In this document: one piece after another, positions 8,095 through 14,789 of the stretch | How positions within the stretch are numbered: the first letter of the stretch is position 1 | Layout of the letters: every line of letters begins with the position of its first letter | Assembly: GCA_043816785.1 (NCBI GenBank) | Contig: JBDRHP010000072.1 | Span: 1-14,789 of the forward strand | Length of the DNA stretch: 14,789 nucleotides | From: Candidatus Margulisiibacteriota bacterium | GTDB lineage: Bacteria > Margulisbacteria > WOR-1 > O2-12-FULL-45-9 | Direction: 5' to 3' | Made by a program: the position numbers and the translations under genes | The notes under the pieces: model-generated | Seen by the model: the letters and a program-made list of their open reading frames with translations, nothing else | What the model was told of the DNA's origin: nothing | Databases searched by the model: none

Positions 8095-9404
8095 AGATGA
8101 ATCTTGATAAATATCACAAAGCAGTTGAACGCGCTGACCTGGTAAAAGTAATTGGTAAAGTTGTCCAGGTGGTTGGTTTGATCATTGAGGCTCAGGTAGG
8201 CGGGGTTTCGGTCGGTGACCTGTGCTCCATCCGTCTGGAAAAAAGCAATCATGATTCTTTTGCTGAGGTAGTTGGCTTTCGCGAAAAGCGGGTTTTATTG
8301 ATGCCGCTTGGCTCAACAGCTGGGATCTCTCCTGGTGCGCAAGTAGTTGCGGCAGGCAAACCCTTGATGGTGCGAGTTGGCGAGGATCTTTTAGGCCGCG
8401 TGCTTAGCGGCCTGGGCGAGCCTGTGGACGGTAAAGGGCCGATCATTGGTGAAGCTGATTATCCCCTCGATGCCGACCCGCCTGATCCGGTCAAACGTCC
8501 CAGGATAACCGAAGTTATGAAAGTTGGTATCCGGGCGATTGACGGCATGCTGACCGTTGGCAGAGGCCAGCGGATAGGCATTTTTGCCGGGTCCGGTGTC
8601 GGTAAATCCACCCTGATGGGCATGATCGCCAGAAATGCTGAGGCTGATATTAACGTTATTTCCCTGGTGGGTGAGCGTGGTCGGGAAGTCCGGGATTTTA
8701 TTGAGGAGTCACTTGGCGAAGAAGGCATGAAAAAATCAGTTGTGGTCTGTGCCACCTCTGATCAACCGCCGCTGATCCGATTGAAAGCCGCTTTTGTGGC
8801 CACGGCCATTGCTGAATATTTTCGCAACCAGGGTAAAAAAATAATCCTGATGATGGACTCGACCACTCGCTTTGCCATGGCCCAGCGAGAAATAGGCCTG
8901 GCTGCTGGCGAGCCGCCGACGACCAAAGGGTATACGCCATCGGTTTTTGCCCTGCTGCCTCGTTTGATGGAGCGCTCCGGCACCTCGGTAACTGGTTCGA
9001 TCACTGCCTTTTACACGATCCTGGTTGAAGGCGATGACATGAATGAGCCGATTGCTGACCATTCTCGCTCAATTCTTGACGGACATATCGTGTTATCGCG
9101 CGATCTGGCTGCCCGCAACCATTATCCGGCCATTGATGTGCCGCACAGCGTTTCCCGATTGATGACCAATTTGGTTTCAGATGAACATAAGCAGGCTGCC
9201 GGGAAATTAAGGGAAGTGCTGGCGCGCTACACCGAGGCAGAAGATTTGATCAATATAGGAGCTTATGTTAAAGGCAGCAATCCCAAGATCGATTTCGCGC
9301 TTTCCAAGATCGAACAGGTCAATGCTTTTTTAAAGCAAGGCACCTTTGATCAGGTTAAATATGAAGAGACGGTTAAGCGCTTACTTAGCGTCTTTGCTAA
9401 ATAA
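8091..9404 (+). CDS. fliI: Type III export ATPase FliI/SctN
   Basis: Walker [25 protein letters not shown], Walker [47 protein letters not shown]. Confidence 0.97.
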   Translation: MKMNLDKYHKAVERADLVKVIGKVVQVVGLIIEAQVGGVSVGDLCSIRLEKSNHDSFAEVVGFREKRVLLMPLGSTAGISPGAQVVAAGKPLMVRVGEDLLGRVLSGLGEPVDGKGPIIGEADYPLDADPPDPVKRPRITEVMKVGIRAIDGMLTVGRGQRIGIFAGSGVGKSTLMGMIARNAEADINVISLVGERGREVRDFIEESLGEEGMKKSVVVCATSDQPPLIRLKAAFVATAIAEYFRNQGKKIILMMDSTTRFAMAQREIGLAAGEPPTTKGYTPSVFALLPRLMERSGTSVTGSITAFYTILVEGDDMNEPIADHSRSILDGHIVLSRDLAARNHYPAIDVPHSVSRLMTNLVSDEHKQAAGKLREVLARYTEAEDLINIGAYVKGSNPKIDFALSKIEQVNAFLKQGTFDQVKYEETVKRLLSVFAK

Positions 9405-9418
9405 TGGGGGCATAAAAA

Positions 9419-9886
9419 GTGGCTAAGCAGAAACCCGGTAAAAGATTTAAATATGATCTCCAGTCTGTTTTAAAAGTCAGAGCAATAAAAGAGAAAAAAG
9501 AACAGGAAATATTTGCTGAGAAGCAGCGTGATTTTCTAACTGAAAAGCAAAAAGAGGAAGCTATCGAGGAAAACAAAAGGAACAAAGAAGACGACCTGCG
9601 CGGCGTCTTTAAAAAAGGCCCGATCACTGATTTTTCTAAGGTCTTGTCCAGAAAGGCTCATCTTGAAGTATTGAAAGATAATCTGGACAAGCAAGTTGAA
9701 AAGGTCATTGAATCCAGCAAGCTGCTCGAAGAGCAGCGGGCGCGCCTCATCTCATCCATGAAAGATAAAAAGATCATGGAAAAGCACAAAGAGAAAAAGC
9801 TAAAAGAATACGATAAAATGATGCTAGATTTAGAGACAAAATTTCTGGATGAAATTGCGACCTCGCGTTTTAAACACAAGCAGTAA
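9419..9886 (+). CDS. fliJ: Export ATPase stalk FliJ
   Basis: RFKYDLQSVLKVR N-terminal motif, charged coiled coil, DKKIMEKHKEK and ETKFLDEIA. Follows fliI, GTG start. Confidence 0.9.
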   Translation: MAKQKPGKRFKYDLQSVLKVRAIKEKKEQEIFAEKQRDFLTEKQKEEAIEENKRNKEDDLRGVFKKGPITDFSKVLSRKAHLEVLKDNLDKQVEKVIESSKLLEEQRARLISSMKDKKIMEKHKEKKLKEYDKMMLDLETKFLDEIATSRFKHKQ

Positions 9887-9888
9887 GC

Positions 9889-10080
9889 TTAGAGAGCCTT
9901 TTTGACTTTACCTGCCTTGAGGCATTTAGTGCAGACATATTCCTTGGTTTTTTTCCCGTTAATCAGTATGTTCATTTTTTGCAAATTGGGCCTAAATAAG
10001 CGTTTGGTGGAATTCATGCTGTGCGAGACCGTATTGCCGCTCCTGGCTTTTTTGCCGCATATAAAACATTTTCTGCTCAT
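9889..10080 (-). CDS. rpmB: 50S ribosomal protein L28 (four-Cys, zinc-binding type)
   Basis: [39 protein letters not shown]. Confidence 0.97.
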   Translation of the reverse strand: MSRKCFICGKKARSGNTVSHSMNSTKRLFRPNLQKMNILINGKKTKEYVCTKCLKAGKVKKAL

Positions 10081-10084
10081 GATG

Positions 10085-10113
10085 TTTATAGTATATCATA
10101 AATATGTTAAAAT
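10085..10113 (+). promoter_or_regulatory. Putative extended -10 promoter for the recG operon
   Basis: TG-T-TAAAAT at 10105-10113 with TTTATA (10085-10090) 17 nt upstream. Interleaved with the divergent rpmB promoter. Confidence 0.5.
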
Positions 10114-10118
10114 GGCAA
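10090..10118 (-). promoter_or_regulatory. Putative sigma70 promoter for rpmB
   Basis: The minus strand reads TTGCCA (10118-10113), a 17-nt spacer, then TATACT (10095-10090) preceded by TGn. The -10 ends 9 nt before the rpmB ATG. Confidence 0.7.
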
Positions 10119-10212
10119 CCTCACCCCCCGCTAGCGTTTAAGCCGCCTCCCCCCTCTCCATCTTCGATGGAGAGGGGGGAGGGAAAGCAATAACGTAAGC
10201 AGGGGGGTGAGG
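10119..10212. repeat. Long nested inverted repeat (family C) upstream of recG
   Basis: Inner perfect 17-bp stem CCTCCCCCCTCTCCATC (10146-10162) / GATGGAGAGGGGGGAGG (10166-10182). Outer 11-bp stem CCTCACCCCCC (10119-10129) / GGGGGGTGAGG (10202-10212). Confidence 0.9.
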
Positions 10213-10217
10213 ATTAA

Positions 10218-12257
10218 ATGATAATGACAGTAAATCTGCAGACCCCAGTCCAATATCTTAAGGGCGTTGGCCCAAGAGCGGCCATGCTGCTGAAAAAACT
10301 CGGCGTATTGACCGTTGAGGACCTGATCTATTTTTTCCCCCGTGATTATGATGATCGAACCCAAGTTGCTTTGATTTCTGAACTGACCTCTGCCGATTAT
10401 CAGGTTATCAGAGGAGAAATTATAGATATTAGGCAGCAGCTTACCCGCAATCATTTCTCAGTTTTAAAGCTTAAAATTGCTGACCACTCAGGTTCTATCC
10501 AGGCGGTTTCGTTCAATCAGCCATATCTGGCGAGACTATTTCGCCCTGGAATGAAACTGATCATTTCCGGCAAGCTCGAATTCTCAAGCTTTGAAGGCAT
10601 TAATCAATTTATTGTGCGGGATTATGAGATAGATACAGGCGTTAACCCAAAGATCGTGCCGCTTTACCCATTAACTAAAGGCCTTTTTCCCAAGAAGTTA
10701 CGGAATATTGCCAAAACAGCTCTGGATAATTGTTTGGCCGACATTGAGGAATGGCTACCGGAAGAGTTGCGCTTAAAGCACAAATTGTGCGGTCTGTGCG
10801 AAGCGATAGAGCATCTGCATTTCCCGGCCAAGCTTTCCCAAACAGTGCCGGCCCGCAGGAGACTGGCTTTTGATGATTTTTTTATATTTCAGCTTGGCTT
10901 GGGTTTGCGCCAGAGCAGGATAAAAGCTGAGGCAGGCATTTCATACAATATTGACCAAAGAATGCTGAATGATCTCCAGGAGGCCTTGCCTTTTAAGCTT
11001 ACTTCGGCACAGGAAAGAGTCTTAAAGGAAATACAGGCTGATATGCAAAGCAATCATCCCATGAACCGCTTGCTGCAGGGTGATGTCGGGTCTGGAAAGA
11101 CGATTATCGCCGCTCTATCTTCATTATTAGCCATTCACAATGGCTATCAAGTAGCTTTGATGGCGCCGACTGAGATCCTGGCGCAGCAGCATTATGATAA
11201 GATCATCAGACTACCAGGATATCAGAAGATCAGAGTTGGGTTATTAACTGGCGCGACCCGGAAGAATAAACAGGTGGAAAAGCTAGACAAACACGACTTG
11301 ATAATTGGCACGCATGCTTTGATCCAAGATAAGGTTAACTTTGAAAAATTGGGATTGGTCATCATTGATGAACAGCACCGTTTTGGCGTGCAGCAGCGGG
11401 CGCAATTGGTAAAAAAAGGGGTCAACCCTGATTTTTTGGTCATGACTGCCACGCCGATTCCCAGGTCACTGGCCCTGACACTCTATGGCGATCTTGACCG
11501 CTCGGTGATTGATGAGTTGCCTCCAGGCAGGACGCCGGTCAAGACCTACTTTGTGCCTGAAGATAAACGGCGCGGCGCTTACGAATTTATGCGTCAGCAA
11601 ATAAAGGCTGGCCGCCAGGTTTTTATTGTCTGTCCGCTGGTTGAGGAATCGTCAAAGGTTGACCTAAAGGCGGCTCTGGATGAGGCCGAGCGCTTGCAAC
11701 GTGATATTTTTCCGGAATTGACGGTTGGCCTGCTGCATGGCAGGCTAAAGAGTGAGGCCAAGGATCAGGTCATGAAGCAATTTAAAGATGGCCAGATCCA
11801 GATACTGGTCTCCACAACAGTGATTGAAGTGGGGATTGATATACCGAATGCCACTGTTATGGTGGTGGAGCACGCCGAAAGGTTTGGTTTGTCGCAGTTG
11901 CATCAGTTGCGCGGCCGGATAGGCCGCGGGGCAAAGCAATCACACTGCTTTTTGCTGGCAGACGCTAAATCCCAAGAGTCCCGGGCCAGGATCAAGGCAA
12001 TGATCGATTCAACAGACGGTTTTCAGCTGGCTGAAGTTGACCTGAAATTGCGCGGTCCAGGCGATTTCTATGGCATCAGGCAAAGCGGTTTGCCAAACTT
12101 TCGCGTTGCTGATATAATTATGGACGAGAAAATACTGCGGGAAGCGCGAAAGGCCGCATTTGATTTGATCGAGGAAGATGTGAACAGTGCGCGTAATATC
12201 TGGCAAAGCCAAGGGCAAAAAGTTAAAGGCGCCGTCGCAGGCGCGACCCTTAACTGA
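10218..12257 (+). CDS. recG: ATP-dependent DNA helicase RecG
   Basis: LKGVGP, DLIYFFPRDYDDR, PMNRLLQGDVGSGKT, MAPTEILAQQH, IIDEQHRFGV, MTATPIPRSLA, AERFGLSQLHQLRGRIGRG, DLKLRGPGDFYGIRQSG. Confidence 0.98.
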   Translation: MIMTVNLQTPVQYLKGVGPRAAMLLKKLGVLTVEDLIYFFPRDYDDRTQVALISELTSADYQVIRGEIIDIRQQLTRNHFSVLKLKIADHSGSIQAVSFNQPYLARLFRPGMKLIISGKLEFSSFEGINQFIVRDYEIDTGVNPKIVPLYPLTKGLFPKKLRNIAKTALDNCLADIEEWLPEELRLKHKLCGLCEAIEHLHFPAKLSQTVPARRRLAFDDFFIFQLGLGLRQSRIKAEAGISYNIDQRMLNDLQEALPFKLTSAQERVLKEIQADMQSNHPMNRLLQGDVGSGKTIIAALSSLLAIHNGYQVALMAPTEILAQQHYDKIIRLPGYQKIRVGLLTGATRKNKQVEKLDKHDLIIGTHALIQDKVNFEKLGLVIIDEQHRFGVQQRAQLVKKGVNPDFLVMTATPIPRSLALTLYGDLDRSVIDELPPGRTPVKTYFVPEDKRRGAYEFMRQQIKAGRQVFIVCPLVEESSKVDLKAALDEAERLQRDIFPELTVGLLHGRLKSEAKDQVMKQFKDGQIQILVSTTVIEVGIDIPNATVMVVEHAERFGLSQLHQLRGRIGRGAKQSHCFLLADAKSQESRARIKAMIDSTDGFQLAEVDLKLRGPGDFYGIRQSGLPNFRVADIIMDEKILREARKAAFDLIEEDVNSARNIWQSQGQKVKGAVAGATLN

Positions 12258-12786
12258 CCGGGCAAAAGAAGCCCTTTTTAACATCTTGAGAAATAAAGTT
12301 GTTGATAGCGCTTTTCTGGATCTCTTTGCCGGATCCGGAGCTGTTGGCATAGAGGCTTTATCCAGGGGCGCTGAAAAAGCTGTTTTTGTTGATCTTGATC
12401 GAAAAGCTGTCAGCATAATCAGGGAGAATCTTAAAAATACAGGATTGGCTGAGCAGGCTGATGTTTATGCGAATGACGCTGTTAGCGCTTTGAAGGTTTT
12501 GGGAAGTAAGCTTTCCAGGTTTGATCTCATTTTCCTGGGAGCGCCGTATGATAGTCCTGCTCTTGAAAGTACCTTGGAAAAGATTGGAGAGTTGGATCTA
12601 TTAAAGCGCTCCGGCGTGGTCATTGCAGAACACAGGAAACAACACAAGCTCTTGAATGAATATGGGCAGCTGAAGATATTCAGGGAAGAAAAATACGGAG
12701 AAACTGTTTTTGGCTTTTATGAAATGGGGAAACCTGCGACTGAACGTCGCGGTTTCCAAATTGAGGAAAAGCGAATTCGAGATTAA
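12187..12786 (+). CDS. rsmD: 16S rRNA m2G966 methyltransferase RsmD
   Basis: MRVISGKAKGKKL..RPLTDRAKEALFNIL, FLDLFAGSGAVGIEALSRGA, YGETVFGFY. GTG start lies inside recG, with a GAGG upstream. Confidence 0.95.
   Translation: MRVISGKAKGKKLKAPSQARPLTDRAKEALFNILRNKVVDSAFLDLFAGSGAVGIEALSRGAEKAVFVDLDRKAVSIIRENLKNTGLAEQADVYANDAVSALKVLGSKLSRFDLIFLGAPYDSPALESTLEKIGELDLLKRSGVVIAEHRKQHKLLNEYGQLKIFREEKYGETVFGFYEMGKPATERRGFQIEEKRIRD
12728..12757. repeat. REP-like palindrome (family A) inside the rsmD 3' end
   Basis: GGAAACC-T-GCGAC-TGAAC-GTCGC-GGTTTCC: same bulged-T hairpin and TRAAN loop as the units at 14433-14602. Confidence 0.8.
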
Positions 12787-12787
12787 C

Positions 12788-13258
12788 ATGAAAGTAGCGA
12801 TTTATCCAGGTAGTTTTGATCCGGTTACCAATGGGCACGTTGACGTGATCGAGCGCGCGGCAAAGCTTTTTGACAAAGTGATCGTGGCGGTCATCCGCAA
12901 TCCGGAAAAGAAGCCCAGGTTTTCTTTAGAAGAGCGGGTTGAGATGCTGCAAAGATCATTGGTTAATGACCCAAGTGTTGATGTGGAAAGCTTTGATGGG
13001 TTATTGGTCGATTACGCTAAAAAGAAAAAGGCCAATATTATCGTTAGGGGCCTGCGCGCTGTCTCAGATTTTGACTATGAATTCCAGATGGCGCTGACTA
13101 ACCGTAAAATGGCGCAGGAGATAGAGACCCTTTTCTTTATGACTGATTATAAATATTCGTATCTCTCTTCCAGTTTTGTCAAACAGATCGCTCTTTTTAA
13201 GGGGGATGTCAGCGAACTTGTCCCGGCCCCCGTGGCTGCGAAATTAAAAGGAATTTAA
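12788..13258 (+). CDS. coaD: Pantetheine-phosphate adenylyltransferase CoaD
   Basis: MKVAIYPGSFDPVTNGHVDVIERA and IVRGLRAVSDFDYEFQMALTNR. The homologous start is the ATG at 12788, not the longer ORF from 12710. Confidence 0.97.
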   Translation: MKVAIYPGSFDPVTNGHVDVIERAAKLFDKVIVAVIRNPEKKPRFSLEERVEMLQRSLVNDPSVDVESFDGLLVDYAKKKKANIIVRGLRAVSDFDYEFQMALTNRKMAQEIETLFFMTDYKYSYLSSSFVKQIALFKGDVSELVPAPVAAKLKGI

Positions 13259-13270
13259 GGAGGAGTAATT

Positions 13271-13714
13271 ATGGAAATCCTGGGCTTGTTGGATACGCTT
13301 GAGTCGATGATCCTTGATGGCAGCAAAATTCCCTTGACTAAAAAGGTTATTATAAATGAGGACCGGATCCTTGGTGTCATAGATAAAATGCGGTTGGTGA
13401 TCCAAGGCGGTGGAGGCTTTGCCAAGGATGCGATTGTTTCAAAGCAAGGGGACGTGGGACGTGGGACGGAAAAATCAGTTGCCCAGCCGGCAAACCTTGA
13501 TATCTTAGAGGGTAAGTCACAAGAGGAAGCCAAGGCAGTTGAAGTCTTGCAGCAGGCATATCAAATGGCCAAAGAGATCAGGGAAGGCGCTGATGGTTAC
13601 GCTGATGAGGTTCTGGCTAATCTAGAGGCTACTTCAACGAGGATTTTACGTACTATTAAGGCAGGGCGTCAAAGATTAGAAAAGACAGCTGTCCCAGCCA
13701 GGGAGCAGCAGTGA
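13271..13714 (+). CDS. Coiled-coil DivIVA-like protein (cyanobacterial Cdv3 / clostridial coaD-linked type)
   Basis: [36 protein letters not shown] and [28 protein letters not shown]. Directly after coaD, with a strong AGGAGG. Confidence 0.65.
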   Translation: MEILGLLDTLESMILDGSKIPLTKKVIINEDRILGVIDKMRLVIQGGGGFAKDAIVSKQGDVGRGTEKSVAQPANLDILEGKSQEEAKAVEVLQQAYQMAKEIREGADGYADEVLANLEATSTRILRTIKAGRQRLEKTAVPAREQQ

Positions 13715-14430
13715 AGCGAGCGGACGGCAGAAGTATCTCAGAAATCAGACCGGTGAAGATCACCAGAAACTACCTCAAATATCCTACGGGTTCTGTTTTG
13801 ATAGAGATGGGCGACACCAAGGTTATTTGTACTGCTTCAGTGGCTGAGACCGTGCCTCATCACAAGAAGAATTCTGGCCAGGGCTGGGTCACAGCAGAGT
13901 ATGCCATGCTGCCGGCTGCCACTGCTGAGCGCTCAAACCGGGAGCATATGCATGGCAGGACACGCGGCCGCACCCAGGAGATCCAACGCTTAATTGGCCG
14001 CTCTTTGCGCGCGGTAGTTGATCTGGAAAAACTAGGTGAGAGAACGATATATATTGATACTGACGTGATCCAGGCGGACGGGGGAACGAGAACCGCTGCC
14101 ATTACCGGGTCATTTGTGGCGCTTAAAGATGCCGTAAATAGCCTGCTTAATGAGGGATTGATAAAAAAGCAGTTCATTACCGAGCATTTAGCCGCTGTTA
14201 GTGTGGGGATAGTGGCGGGGACTGCCATGGTTGACCTGCCTTACAGCGAGGATGTTCAAGCTGAGGTTGATATGAATGTGGTGATGACAGAATCAGGCAA
14301 GTTCATCGAAGTCCAGGGAACGGCTGAAGGCATCCCTTTTTCCAAAGAGCAGCTAAACCAGCTGCTTGATCTGGCAGCTGGCGGGATCAAGGAGCTGATT
14401 AAAAAGCAAAAAGAGGTGTTGGGGAAATGA
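13711..14430 (+). CDS. rph: Ribonuclease PH
   Basis: [72 protein letters not shown]. Confidence 0.98.
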   Translation: MKRADGRSISEIRPVKITRNYLKYPTGSVLIEMGDTKVICTASVAETVPHHKKNSGQGWVTAEYAMLPAATAERSNREHMHGRTRGRTQEIQRLIGRSLRAVVDLEKLGERTIYIDTDVIQADGGTRTAAITGSFVALKDAVNSLLNEGLIKKQFITEHLAAVSVGIVAGTAMVDLPYSEDVQAEVDMNVVMTESGKFIEVQGTAEGIPFSKEQLNQLLDLAAGGIKELIKKQKEVLGK

Positions 14431-14432
14431 TG

Positions 14433-14602
14433 ATGGAACCTGAGACTGAACGCCTGCCTGCCGGCAAGGCAGGTCTCGGTTCCATGAGGAAAGTAAGATT
14501 ATTCCCGACACTAAAAGTGTCGGTTCCATGCAAGAAAAGAACTGACAACTTCATTGTCGGGATAAACACAAGGAGCCGAGAAGTTTATTCTCAGGCTCCT
14601 TG
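14433..14602. repeat. Array of four family-A palindromic units in A-B-B'-A' mirror order, unit 1 carrying a family-B insertion
   Basis: Units at 14433-14485, 14499-14530, 14539-14565 and 14569-14602. Unit 4 is a diverged reverse complement of unit 1 minus 14453-14473, and unit 3 is a diverged reverse complement of unit 2. Confidence 0.85.
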
Positions 14603-14613
14603 AAGGAGTTATA

Positions 14614-14789
14614 ATGAAAGGAATTATATTAGCTGGAGGAACCGGTTCCCGTTTAAAACCCTTGACCAAGGTAACCAATAAGCATCTATTGCCAGTCGGC
14701 CGCAAACCCATGATCTATCATCCAATTGAGAAATTGATCGGGGCGGGCATTGAAGAGATATTAATCGTCACAGGGGTTGAGCATATGGG
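14614..14789 (+). CDS. Glucose-1-phosphate thymidylyltransferase family (RmlA/SpsI-like), 3'-truncated by window edge
   Basis: Absent from the ORF track. Manual translation gives [58 protein letters not shown], with an AAGGAG Shine-Dalgarno upstream. Confidence 0.9.
   Translation, partial: MKGIILAGGTGSRLKPLTKVTNKHLLPVGRKPMIYHPIEKLIGAGIEEILIVTGVEHM

Noticed and set aside
10146..10182. Hairpin as an intrinsic terminator
   Set aside because: It lies between divergent genes and has no convincing U tract on either strand.
12710..12787. N-terminal extension of CoaD in the ORF track
   Set aside because: It overlaps rsmD and the palindrome, and CoaD homology starts at ATG 12788.
14433..14602. Possible CRISPR array
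   Set aside because: The units are in inverted orientations and diverged, spacers are only about 3-13 nt, and no cas genes are in the window.
30..14711. Short alternative-frame and antisense ORFs in the track (e.g. 5581-5928, 5938-6312, 8459-8755, 10131-10454, 13860-14228, 14511-14711)
   Set aside because: They are shadows of well-supported genes or repeats and have no recognisable motifs.

Overview
Bacterial chromosomal window, almost all on the + strand. Bases 1-9886 hold the 3' part of a tightly packed flagellar-type basal-body/type III export operon: flgG(partial)-flgA-flgH-flgI-flgJ(short)-fliA-like sigma-flgB-flgC-fliE-fliF-fliG(mini)-fliH-fliI-fliJ. It ends head-on against rpmB (- strand). 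A housekeeping block follows: recG-rsmD-coaD-DivIVA/Cdv3-like gene-rph, then the start of a glucose-1-phosphate thymidylyltransferase. The strongest signal is that the flagellar apparatus looks remodelled rather than decayed. FliG is 157 aa and lacks the C-terminal torque domain, FliF lacks the beta-collar and has gained a Pro/Glu/Val/Lys spacer, FlgB is shortened and the sigma28-like factor has altered DNA-contact motifs, while the FliH/I/J export ATPase and the P/L rings are intact. This suggests (inference) a non-rotating, flagellum-derived secretion machine. The DNA also carries a family of REP-like palindromes with compensatory base changes. One copy is translated inside rsmD, four form a mirror-image array after rph, and one of those is invaded by a second palindrome family. 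A long hairpin covers the recG ribosome-binding site, and 7-8 nt tandem repeats lie inside signal-peptide and linker codons. Outer-membrane rings together with terrabacterial gene order point to a diderm Terrabacteria lineage (inference only). All family assignments come from motif recognition by eye; no searches were run.
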